NCBI GenBank assembly: GCA_965261835.1
Contig: OZ253478.1
Location: 2,337,267 to 2,401,266, forward strand
Direction: 5' to 3'
Length of the DNA: 64,000 nucleotides
DNA from: Dehalococcoidia bacterium
GTDB taxonomy: Bacteria; Chloroflexota; Dehalococcoidia; SHYD01
Below, one piece after another: positions 29,431 to 37,989 of this stretch. Below the pieces are notes generated by a model that saw only the letters and a program-made list of their open reading frames with translations, searched no databases and had not been told where the DNA came from. The position numbers and the translations under genes are program-made. Position 1 is the stretch's first letter. The number at the start of each line of letters is the position of its first letter.

Positions 29431-30603
29431 ATGGAGTTTGGCTGGTCAGCAGAAGAGCTAGCATTTCGCGATGAAGTTCGGAGCTTCCTAAAGCAGTTGC
29501 TTCCGCCTGATTGGGATCAGCATGTCCGGACCGACATGCAGGACCACGACTACTCCGTTCGCTTTGCCAAGGAGTTCGCTAAGCAGCGCTGGCGGGTGAT
29601 GCATTGGCCCAAAGAGTACGGGGGACTGGAACTCAACCTCTGGCGGCAGGTCATCTTCTCGGAAGAGCTGGCCTACCGCGGCGTCCCCGGATCATCCGAC
29701 CTCGGGAGCAGCTCCATTGGCCCCATGCTCATGAAGTTCGGTACGGAGCAGCAGAAGGACCAGTACCTGAATGCCATTGCCAACGCCGAGATCACCTTCT
29801 GCCAGCTGTTCACCGAACCCGGCTCCGGCTCCGACCTCGCCTCCTTGCAGACCCGCGCCGTTCACGATGGCGACGACTACGTCATCAACGGGCAGAAGGT
29901 CTTTACCTCCGGCGCACACCATTCCGACCACGGCTGGCTCACCGCGCGCACCGATACCGAGGCCCCCAAACACCGTGGCATCAGCACCTTTCTCATCGAT
30001 ATGAAGACGCCAGGCATCACGATCCGCCCCATGATCAACCTCACCGGCGGCCATGACCAGAACGAGGTCTTCTTCGACGACGTGCGCATCCCCGCCGACA
30101 CGCTGGTGGGCGAGGAGAACCGCGGCTGGTACCAGATCGCCTCATCGCTGGACAGCGCCCGCTCCAGCGTGCCGCGCTTTACCACCGCCAAACGGCTGCT
30201 GGACACCATCGCCAAATACCTGAAAGAGACCAACGGCCCCAATGGCTACGTGCTCGCCAAAGACCCCGTAGTGCGTTCCAAGCTTGCCGAGCTGGCGATT
30301 GAGATCGAGGTCGGCCGATTCCTTGGCTACCAATCGGTATCGTTGCAATACCAGGGCGTGCCATCGGAGAAGGAGGCGTCGGCCTCCAAGATCATGGGTA
30401 CCGAGCTCCTCCAACGCCTCACCAACGCCGCCATGAACATCCTGGGGCTCTACGGGCAGATCAAGCACGGCTCCAAACACGCCCCGCTGCTGGGTCAGAT
30501 CGAGTTCTTCTACAAGGAATCGGTGTACTACACCATCGGCTTCGGCACCTCCGAGATCAACCGCAACATCATCGCCGGCCGCGGCCTTGACCTGCCGCGC
30601 TAA
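29431..30603 (+). CDS. acyl-CoA dehydrogenase family protein
   Basis: 390 aa; N-terminal alpha domain, middle beta-barrel domain and C-terminal catalytic-base region (YTIGFGTSEINRNIIAG) typical of ACADs. Confidence 0.9.
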   Translation: MEFGWSAEELAFRDEVRSFLKQLLPPDWDQHVRTDMQDHDYSVRFAKEFAKQRWRVMHWPKEYGGLELNLWRQVIFSEELAYRGVPGSSDLGSSSIGPMLMKFGTEQQKDQYLNAIANAEITFCQLFTEPGSGSDLASLQTRAVHDGDDYVINGQKVFTSGAHHSDHGWLTARTDTEAPKHRGISTFLIDMKTPGITIRPMINLTGGHDQNEVFFDDVRIPADTLVGEENRGWYQIASSLDSARSSVPRFTTAKRLLDTIAKYLKETNGPNGYVLAKDPVVRSKLAELAIEIEVGRFLGYQSVSLQYQGVPSEKEASASKIMGTELLQRLTNAAMNILGLYGQIKHGSKHAPLLGQIEFFYKESVYYTIGFGTSEINRNIIAGRGLDLPR

Positions 30604-30655
30604 CCCACGCCTACCCACGCCAACCCGCGCGCTAGCCAAGAAGGACCGCTAAGCC

Positions 30656-31786
30656 ATGAACCTCGTCTTGAATGAAATGCACGACATGCTCCGGCGCTCC
30701 GCCCGTGACTTCTTGGAACAGGAATGTCCCAAGTCGCTCGTACGCTTCTGCGAGAACGAACCCAGCGGCTACGCACCGGAGCTCTGGGGAAAGATGGCCC
30801 GCCAGGGATGGCTGAGCATGGTGCTCCCCACCGAGTACGGCGGTACCAACTCGGCCTTTATGGACGTGTGCGTGCTCTACGAAGAGATGGGCCGCGCCAT
30901 AGTCCCCGGCCCATTCGCCGACGTGGTGCTCTCCGAATACCTATTGCTGGACCTCGCCAACGCTGAACAGCAGCGGCGCTACCTCCCCGGTCTCGGCAGC
31001 GGCAACCTCATCGCCACCATCGCCTACACCGAACCCACCGCAAGCTACGACGCCCACGCCATCCAGCTCAGCGCCAGGCAGGAGGAGGAGCGCTACGTGC
31101 TCTCCGGCGCCAAGCTCTTCGTCCCCAACGCCCACATTGCCGACGTGCTGTTGGTGGTGGCCCGCACCGGCCGGTACGTGAACCCCCAAGACGGCCTCAC
31201 CGTCTTCCTGGTGGACCGCAACGCGCCGGGAGTGGAGATTACGGTGCTGGACACCATTGGCTCCGACCGTCAGTGTGAAGTGCTCTTCAACGACGTCACG
31301 GTAGCCCAGAGCAGCGTCCTCGGCACCGTGGACAACGCCTGGCCCGCCCTCAAGCGCTACCTCGACCGCGCCAAGGTGATGACCAGCGTGTGGTCGGTCG
31401 GCGGCGCCTACTACGTGCAAGAGATCACGGTGGATTACGCCAAAAACCGGGTGCAGTTTGGCCGGCCCATCGGCAGTTTCCAGGCCGTGGCCCACAAGTG
31501 CGCCGACATCTCGATTCTCTGCGACGGCATGCGCTCCGCCGCCTACCATGCCGCCTGGCGGCTCGGTGAGGGCTTACCCGCAGACATGGAGATCGCCGTG
31601 GCGAAGGCCTGGACCGCCGAGAGCTACCGCAAGGTTGCCGCCATGGGTACCCAAATCCACGGCGGCGTGGGCTTCATGATGGAGTTCGACATCCAGCTCT
31701 ACTTCCGGCGCGCCAAAATGGCCGAACTGCTCTATGGCAACGCGGAGTACCACAAAGAGTTCGTGGCTCAGGGCATCGGGCTGTAG
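30656..31786 (+). CDS. acyl-CoA dehydrogenase family protein (second subunit/paralog)
   Basis: 376 aa; ACAD domains; tandem with the preceding ACAD, as in heteromeric alpha2beta2 ACAD pairs. Confidence 0.9.
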   Translation: MNLVLNEMHDMLRRSARDFLEQECPKSLVRFCENEPSGYAPELWGKMARQGWLSMVLPTEYGGTNSAFMDVCVLYEEMGRAIVPGPFADVVLSEYLLLDLANAEQQRRYLPGLGSGNLIATIAYTEPTASYDAHAIQLSARQEEERYVLSGAKLFVPNAHIADVLLVVARTGRYVNPQDGLTVFLVDRNAPGVEITVLDTIGSDRQCEVLFNDVTVAQSSVLGTVDNAWPALKRYLDRAKVMTSVWSVGGAYYVQEITVDYAKNRVQFGRPIGSFQAVAHKCADISILCDGMRSAAYHAAWRLGEGLPADMEIAVAKAWTAESYRKVAAMGTQIHGGVGFMMEFDIQLYFRRAKMAELLYGNAEYHKEFVAQGIGL

Positions 31787-31823
31787 TGCCGCCCCTTAAC
31801 CCCAACCGCGCCTAGCCACCGCC

Positions 31824-34800
31824 ATGACGGGCCAGCTATTCACCGACTACTTTCTCACCGCCGGCATCAAGGCCACCGAGGAGTGGCGGGAGTCAGACAC
31901 CGCGTTTGCCGCCTTCCGGGCCACCCTCGGCGCGCGCTACCGGCAGTTCAGCAGCAACCAACAACCCAACGAAGCCACTACCGAGCAGGAGCTGATCCGC
32001 CCGGTCCTGGAGGCGCTGGGATGGACTGACCACCTGCCGCAGCAGGGCACAACCGGTAACGAGGACATCCCGGACAATCTCCTGTTCATCGATGCGGCGT
32101 CCAAGGACCGCGCCGCCGGTCGAGCCAACCCGCAAGAACGCTACCAGGACGCCGCGGTGGTCGAAGAGAGCAAGCAGTTCGGTCTGAAGCTAGACGCCCT
32201 TACCAAAGCCCCCGGACAACACAGCAAGACGCCACACAGCCAGATACTCCAATACCTCTCGACTGCCGAGATCGCGTCGGAGAGCCGGATCCGCTGGGGG
32301 TTCCTGACCAACGGCGGCGTGTGGCGGCTCTACGACCAACGCGCCCGCCCGCGCGCCACCGGCTACTTCGAAGCCGACCTCGGGAAGCTGCTCGACTCTG
32401 GCGACGCAGACGCCCTGCGCGCCTTCTACCTGCTGTTCCGCCGCGACTCGTTCACCCGCACCAAGGGGGCCACCGCCACCTTCCTCGTGCAGGCGCTGGC
32501 CGAGGGCCGCCGCTACGAGGAGCAGGTGGCGCGGAACCTCTCCAGCGTGGTCTTCGATCAGGTCTTCCCCCGGCTGGTAACCGCACTCGCCAGCACGCCA
32601 GGGGTAGCGCTGCCGGAGGCGCGCGATGCCGCGCTGATCTTCCTCTACCGGCTGCTGTTCGTGCTTTACGCCGAGGACCGCGGGCTGCTCCCCGTCAACG
32701 ACGAGCGTTACGAAGACTACGGCCTGCGCAAGCCGGTACGCGATGATATCGCCCACAAGCAGACCACTGGCGCGCCCTTCTCGTCCGTGGCCACCGCCTA
32801 CTACGACCACCTGATGCAGCTGTGGCGACTCATCGACAAGGGCGACGCGTCCATCGGCCTGCCGCCCTACAACGGCGGCCTGTTCGCCGACGAGGCCGCC
32901 CCGCTGCTGGCGCGGGCCCGCCTGCCCGACGCGGTGGTCGCCCCGATCGTCTACGACCTTAGCCACGCTGAAACCGCCGACGGGCGCCGCTTCGTCAACT
33001 ACCGCGACATGTCGGTCCAGCAGCTCGGCTCGATCTACGAGCGGCTGCTGGAGCAGGAGCCGGTCCGCGCCGACGACGGCGGGATCGTCATCCGCCCCAA
33101 CAGCTACGCCCGCAAGGACAGCGGTAGCTTCTACACGCCGCAGGAGCTGGTCGACCTGATCGTCGACCGGACGCTGAAGCCGCTGGCGGAGGAGCGGCTG
33201 CGAGCATTCGAGCAGAAGGCCGCCGCGCTGAAGCACGACCACCGGCCCAAGTCCGAACGGCTGGCCGATCTGCGCAAGCTGGACCCCGCCGAGGCTGTCC
33301 TCGACCTCAAGGTGCTCGACCCCGCCATGGGCAGCGGCCACTTCCTGGTCACCGCCGTCGACTTTCTGTCCGACTACATCGCCGATCTGGTCGAGTCCGT
33401 GCCGGCGGTGCCGGACTGGCTGGATGGCGCGGGCGAGTATGAATCGCCGTTGGTGGGGCGGGTGGCCGCGATTCGGGACGACATTCGCGGCCGGGCCCGG
33501 CAGGCGGGATGGGTGATAGACGAGGAGGCCCAACTCACCGACCAAGCCATCATCCGCCGCATGGTGCTCAAGCGCTGCATCTACGGCGTGGACAAGAACC
33601 CCCTCACCGTGGAGCTGGCCAAGGTCTCGCTCTGGCTCCACAGCTTCACCGTCGGCGCGGCGCTCTCTTTCCTCGACCACCACCTCCGCTGCGGCGACTC
33701 CCTGGTCGGTTTGCGGGTGCGGGAGGCCAGGGACGAGTTGCTCCGGTTTGGCCCCATGTTTACTTCGAGCGCCGTCGCGGGGGCGGAAGCCGCCGCGGCC
33801 GGAATGCAGCGCATCGAGGAGATGTCCGACGCCGACATCTCGGAGGTAGAGCAGTCCGCCGCATTGTTCCGAGGCGTCGAGCAGACTACTGCTGACCTAC
33901 GCGGCCTGCTGGACTTCCTCACCGGCTTGCACTGGCACACCGCGGGGATGAAATCGAAGGAGCGCGCGGCCATCGAGGGGCACATCGCCGTGGCGCTGGG
34001 GGCGGACCAAGCGAACGGCTTGCAGCTACTGGCGCACGGCCCGGCGCATGGCCCAAACGAGAACGCCACCACCGCGCCCGCGGACGGCTCCTCACCCTAC
34101 GCTGCGCTGTGGCAGAACGCCACCGGCATCGCCGACCGTGAAACGTTCCTGCACTGGGAGGCGGCCTTCCCCGGCGTCTGGCAACGGTGGCAGGAAGCGC
34201 AACCCCAAGGCGGCTTCGACGCCGTCATCGGTAACCCGCCATGGGACCACATTGAACAGCCAGAGGTAGAGTGGTTCGCCACTCGTTCGCCTGACATAGC
34301 CCTGGCGCCGACCGCGGCTGCCCGCAAGACCTACATACAGCGGCTGCGCAACGCCGGGGCGCCACTGGCCGCCGAGTTCGACGCCGCCAAGGCGCAGGCC
34401 GATGACCTGGGCCAACTGGTGCGCGCGTCCGGCCATTACCCCCTGCTGAGCGGCGGCCGCATCAACCTCTACTCCCTGTTTGTCGAGCGCGCCATGGGGC
34501 TTGTCAAGCCGGACGGATTCGTCGGGCTGCTCACGCCATCGGGCATCTACGCCGACAAGACCGCCGCCGACTTCTTCAAGTCCATCTCAACCAGCGGGCG
34601 GGTAGCTGGGATATTCGATTTCGAGAATCGCCGCTCCGGAATGAGGCTACCGCACTTCTTCCCTGATGTCGACTCAAGGTTCAAGTTTTGCGCCCTGATA
34701 TTCGGCGGGGAGGAGCGACGATTTGATGAGACCGCGTGCGCCTTCTTCCTCCACGACACCGCGACCATCGAAGACCCCGACCGCTGTTTCCCGCTGGCGC

Positions 34801-35873
34801 CGGCGGACTTTGCCAGGGTGAACCCCAACACCGCCACCGCGCCGATCTTCCGCACCTGCCGCGACGCCGACATCACCCGCGGCATCTACGAGCGGCATCC
34901 GGTGCTGGTGGACCGCTCCGGGGGTGACGAGCGCCGCGCCTGGCCGGTCAAGTTTATGCAGGGGCTATTCAATATGACTTCAGACTCCCACCTGTTCCGG
35001 ACCGCGGCCCAGCTCGAAGCTGCGGGCTTCTACCCGGTCCAGGGCAACCGCTGGAAGAAGGGCGAGGAGACCTACTTGCCGCTGTACCAGGGCCGGATGA
35101 TCCGGCACTTCGACCACCGCGCCAACTCGGTCCGAGTCAACCCTGAGAACACGCACAATCCCTACCTGAGCCAGGAGGTCAGCGCAGCGCAGCACGCGGA
35201 TCCCAGCTTTCTGCCACATACTCAATACTGGGTGCCGGCCGTCGAGGTGGAGTCGGCTTTGCCCGAAAGTCGCGGGTACACGCTAGCGTTCCGTGACATT
35301 ACCAATCCTACCAACATGAGAACGATGATCGCTTCCATCGTTCCAGCGGTAGGTTTTGGGCACACAGCTCCCCTACTTATCGGAGACGACACCCTGGCTG
35401 CCACGTGTCTCGTGGCGAATCTGAATGCCCTATGTCTGGACTTCGTTACGAGACTAAAGGCCCAAGGCACCCATATGAACTGGTTCATCGTCGAGCAACT
35501 CCCCGTCATCGCGCCCGACGGCTACGACCGGCGGTTCGGGGAAAAGACGGCCCGTGAGATCGTCCGTGACCACGTGCTCCGCCTCAGCTACACCGCGCAC
35601 GACATGGCGCCGTTCGCCCGCGACCTCGGCTACGACGGCCCGCCGTTCATCTGGGACGAGGAGGCGCGCCGCCACCTGCGGGCCCGGCTCGACGCGCTGT
35701 ACTTCCACCTCTACGGGCTGAGCAAGGACGACGCGGGCTACATCCTCGGCACCTTCCCCATCGTGCAGCGGCAAGACGAGGCGGCGTTCGGGCGCTACCG
35801 CACGCGCGAGCTAGTGCTGGCATACATGAACGCCCTCGCCGCCGGCGACACCGAGACCGTGATGGCGGTGTAA
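31824..35873 (+). CDS. single-polypeptide type IIG/IIL restriction-modification enzyme (MmeI-like; nuclease + N6-adenine DNA methyltransferase + target-recognition region)
   Basis: N-terminal HsdR-N-like PD-(D/E)xK domain (IPDNLLF...VVEESKQF...QILQYL...GFLTNGGVWRLY); MmeI-like helical region (LLFVLYAEDRGLLP, PYNGGLFADE); MTase motif I KVLDPAMGSGHFLV and motif IV VIGNPPWDHIEQ; ~450-aa C-terminal region with no Walker A (GxxxxGK[ST]) motif seen. Confidence 0.75.
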   Translation: MTGQLFTDYFLTAGIKATEEWRESDTAFAAFRATLGARYRQFSSNQQPNEATTEQELIRPVLEALGWTDHLPQQGTTGNEDIPDNLLFIDAASKDRAAGRANPQERYQDAAVVEESKQFGLKLDALTKAPGQHSKTPHSQILQYLSTAEIASESRIRWGFLTNGGVWRLYDQRARPRATGYFEADLGKLLDSGDADALRAFYLLFRRDSFTRTKGATATFLVQALAEGRRYEEQVARNLSSVVFDQVFPRLVTALASTPGVALPEARDAALIFLYRLLFVLYAEDRGLLPVNDERYEDYGLRKPVRDDIAHKQTTGAPFSSVATAYYDHLMQLWRLIDKGDASIGLPPYNGGLFADEAAPLLARARLPDAVVAPIVYDLSHAETADGRRFVNYRDMSVQQLGSIYERLLEQEPVRADDGGIVIRPNSYARKDSGSFYTPQELVDLIVDRTLKPLAEERLRAFEQKAAALKHDHRPKSERLADLRKLDPAEAVLDLKVLDPAMGSGHFLVTAVDFLSDYIADLVESVPAVPDWLDGAGEYESPLVGRVAAIRDDIRGRARQAGWVIDEEAQLTDQAIIRRMVLKRCIYGVDKNPLTVELAKVSLWLHSFTVGAALSFLDHHLRCGDSLVGLRVREARDELLRFGPMFTSSAVAGAEAAAAGMQRIEEMSDADISEVEQSAALFRGVEQTTADLRGLLDFLTGLHWHTAGMKSKERAAIEGHIAVALGADQANGLQLLAHGPAHGPNENATTAPADGSSPYAALWQNATGIADRETFLHWEAAFPGVWQRWQEAQPQGGFDAVIGNPPWDHIEQPEVEWFATRSPDIALAPTAAARKTYIQRLRNAGAPLAAEFDAAKAQADDLGQLVRASGHYPLLSGGRINLYSLFVERAMGLVKPDGFVGLLTPSGIYADKTAADFFKSISTSGRVAGIFDFENRRSGMRLPHFFPDVDSRFKFCALIFGGEERRFDETACAFFLHDTATIEDPDRCFPLAPADFARVNPNTATAPIFRTCRDADITRGIYERHPVLVDRSGGDERRAWPVKFMQGLFNMTSDSHLFRTAAQLEAAGFYPVQGNRWKKGEETYLPLYQGRMIRHFDHRANSVRVNPENTHNPYLSQEVSAAQHADPSFLPHTQYWVPAVEVESALPESRGYTLAFRDITNPTNMRTMIASIVPAVGFGHTAPLLIGDDTLAATCLVANLNALCLDFVTRLKAQGTHMNWFIVEQLPVIAPDGYDRRFGEKTAREIVRDHVLRLSYTAHDMAPFARDLGYDGPPFIWDEEARRHLRARLDALYFHLYGLSKDDAGYILGTFPIVQRQDEAAFGRYRTRELVLAYMNALAAGDTETVMAV

Positions 35874-35878
35874 GTCTA

Positions 35879-36035
35879 CCCCCGTCATTGCGAGGAGCCT
35901 GCGACGTGGCAATCCGGGGTGGGGTGGCCGGCCGGTCGCGGGGAGTGTCCCCTGCCCCCGCTTCCCCAAGCGCCCCGCCCCCACCCCAGATTGCTTCGCT
36001 GCGGCTCGCAATGACGGGAAGCGGGGGGAGCCGCG
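35879..36035. repeat. ~155-bp long imperfect palindrome (MITE/REP-like element), copy A
   Basis: Terminal inverted repeats CCGTCATTGCGAGG ... CCTCGCAATGACGG; internal complementary arms CAATCCGGGGTGGGG / CCCCACCCCAGATTG; ~95% identical to copy B. Confidence 0.8.
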
Positions 36036-36289
36036 CGTGGGCGTCGAATATATCGCCGAAGGTGGAACCCGGCCAGGCAGCGTCCTTGCAGGCTTGAAGC
36101 GCGTCGCAACCTGCAGAGTGCATGGCAAGTTGCAACTGGCTGGGTTCGCCGGTAGTATCGTCCGCATCAGGCAGGAATGATAGTGCGGGCTGACCGACGA
36201 ATTATGAGTTCCGCATGGGGCTATCAGCTATGGCACCCGATGCAGTAACGGTGTTGCTGAATTTGTAATCGACCGAAAGGAGCGCTGGT

Positions 36290-36772
36290 ATGGCGGGAGG
36301 TCAACATGGGTTTACTTTCACCATCTTTGGACTCTTTGGCGCCGCAATAGTATTCGGAATCCCGTGGCTCGCTGGGAAGATTCTGCCTTTTATGGAATCC
36401 CCCAGCTTGGGCAGCCCGACAGGCTGGGTATTGTGCGGGGTCGGCGGCGTTGCCGGGGTTATTCTAGCCCAGATCGCGCTCACCGGCTGGCACAAAACGT
36501 GGCGGTCATGGGCCACATATGCCCTCCTTGTGGGTTCCATCTATGGAATTTTCGCCATCGCAGGGTGGTACATTGAGGCCAATCCAGACTCGGCCCTGCT
36601 GGAGACAATTACAGAACTGGGCCAAAATTTGTCTTTAGAGCCGGAGAATTTAGTCCTCATATTGTTTGTCGGTATTCCCATAGTGTTTATCGGTATTCCC
36701 ATATTGCTGTCCGTTATATTGTTCGCCCTTGTACTCTGGAAGGGGGACAGCAGCGGGAAATCTCGTCGGTAA
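36290..36772 (+). CDS. small polytopic membrane protein (4-5 TM), lower-GC cargo gene between the two palindromic repeats
   Basis: AAGGAG 7 nt upstream of ATG; Gly/Ile/Phe-rich TM segments; local GC clearly below flanks. Confidence 0.55.
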   Translation: MAGGQHGFTFTIFGLFGAAIVFGIPWLAGKILPFMESPSLGSPTGWVLCGVGGVAGVILAQIALTGWHKTWRSWATYALLVGSIYGIFAIAGWYIEANPDSALLETITELGQNLSLEPENLVLILFVGIPIVFIGIPILLSVILFALVLWKGDSSGKSRR

Positions 36773-36786
36773 CGCGAGGGGGTGGC

Positions 36787-36940
36787 TCTCCCCCCGTCAT
36801 TGCGAGGAGCCCGCGACGTGGCAATCCGGGGTGGGGTGGCCGGCCGGTCGCGGGGAGTGTCCCCTGCCCCCGCTTCCCCACGCGCCCCTCCCCCGCCCCA
36901 GATTGCTTCGCTGCGGCTCGCAATGACGAGAAGCGGGGAG
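36787..36940. repeat. ~155-bp long imperfect palindrome (MITE/REP-like element), copy B
   Basis: Near-identical to copy A over ~150 bp, same orientation, 908 bp downstream. Confidence 0.8.
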
Positions 36941-36996
36941 CCGAGTACCTTGGGCAGCGGCATCTGGTCCGCCGTGTCCGAGTTGAGGATATGGTG

Positions 36997-37833
36997 TTAC
37001 TGGCTATTCCCCTCGCTGCTATTCGCCACCAAATAGTTCACGAAGGCCGAGCAGGCTACAACCATATAGCGAGCTTCAGGGAGCCCCACTTGCGGCGCTT
37101 CCTTTATCCCATGGCGGACGCCATCCTCGTCACTCGTCCAGTTGTACATGTTGTTCCACGCTTGCTTGAGCTGAGGGTGGCCTTCTAGCTTCTGTAGACC
37201 CTTCGCGATATCGGCCTTCGAATCTCCTGCCGCTACCTGGACGGCTGATTCGACTGCCGATATCGACTCTTTGATAGCGTTGCGGAAATCGGGGGTGTTA
37301 CGGTCACTCAGAAGTGTAAGAGCTTGCCTGATATGCTGCGATGCAGCGTGAAATAGGTCCGACAACGAGGCAGCCGCATCAACCGCAGCTAGCTCTGCAT
37401 TATTGGTAATGGGGACTATCGCATTACCGACAAATCTGTAGGCGGACCCTTCCCTGCTTAGCATGTCGTTCGCATCGCTGACGTCCTCTTCGACTTCTCG
37501 CTTGCGCAGAAGATACTCCAAGACAGTGTAGACCTCATCCCAGTTTGCTTCTAAGTACCAGTCCCGAAGGACGTCTATCGCGGTATCAGGGAAACTCGAC
37601 GCAAAATCGGCATTTGGCAATTCGTCAGATGGCAATTCGTCAGAAAGCTTACCCACTATTTCGGTCCATACACTTTTTACTAACCCGTACCCATGAGAAA
37701 AACGCCCCATGACGAAATATCGATCTCGCAGGAAGTTCCAGATTGCATTCCTGAGCCGATCGTCCATCTCTTCAAATTGATGGAGCTGTGACCGGTCGAG
37801 CTTGTAGCCGTGACGTTCGGAGAAGGTTGCCAT
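36997..37833 (-). CDS. hypothetical protein, putative abortive-infection (Abi)/HEPN-like defence protein
   Basis: N-terminus MATFSERHGY...LRNAIWNFL recalls Abi-family N-terminal domains; C-terminal helical region FRNAIKESISAVESAV resembles degenerate HEPN-type motifs; lower GC than surroundings; ATG 37833 preferred (TTG 37851 alternative). Confidence 0.45.
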   Translation of the reverse strand: MATFSERHGYKLDRSQLHQFEEMDDRLRNAIWNFLRDRYFVMGRFSHGYGLVKSVWTEIVGKLSDELPSDELPNADFASSFPDTAIDVLRDWYLEANWDEVYTVLEYLLRKREVEEDVSDANDMLSREGSAYRFVGNAIVPITNNAELAAVDAAASLSDLFHAASQHIRQALTLLSDRNTPDFRNAIKESISAVESAVQVAAGDSKADIAKGLQKLEGHPQLKQAWNNMYNWTSDEDGVRHGIKEAPQVGLPEARYMVVACSAFVNYLVANSSEGNSQ

Positions 37834-37989
37834 GAAGCTATTATGCCACAATCTATGGCCGTTAAATCAGATGGAGAATCGTCACGCTCCATGACAACTG
37901 CCCAGTGTGCGCTCACCCAATTGGGGTACGCTACAATAACAGGCACACGAACAGCCGCACGCGGCCCGGTTAGGTGAGGGCAGGGCGCC

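Noticed and set aside
32190-33683. 497-aa minus-strand ORF antisense to the RM enzyme gene, plus many other 100-270-aa antisense ORFs (e.g. 27584-28372, 40735-41568, 43063-43722, 50341-50934, 54632-55456, 30941-31549)
   Set aside because: High-GC DNA generates long stop-free antisense frames. These have Arg/Gly/Ala/Pro-rich low-complexity translations and no motifs, and they fully overlap well-supported genes.
31824-35873. BREX PglX or DISARM DrmMI identity for the large MTase-containing protein
   Set aside because: No brxA/B/C, pglZ, brxL or drmA/B/C-sized partner genes within ~30 kb on either side. The N-terminal nuclease domain and MmeI-like signatures fit a self-contained type IIG/IIL enzyme better.
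35879-36940. Integron attC sites / gene cassette array
   Set aside because: No integron integrase gene is nearby, the repeat ends do not match the RYYYAAC / GTTRRRY core sites, only two copies are present, and the following gene is on the opposite strand.
35888-37036. Paired small ORFs (35888-36097 and 36782-37036, both +) and others crossing the palindromic repeats
   Set aside because: They are near-identical only because they lie inside the two repeat copies. Arg/Pro/Ala-rich, no start context; artefacts of the repeat.
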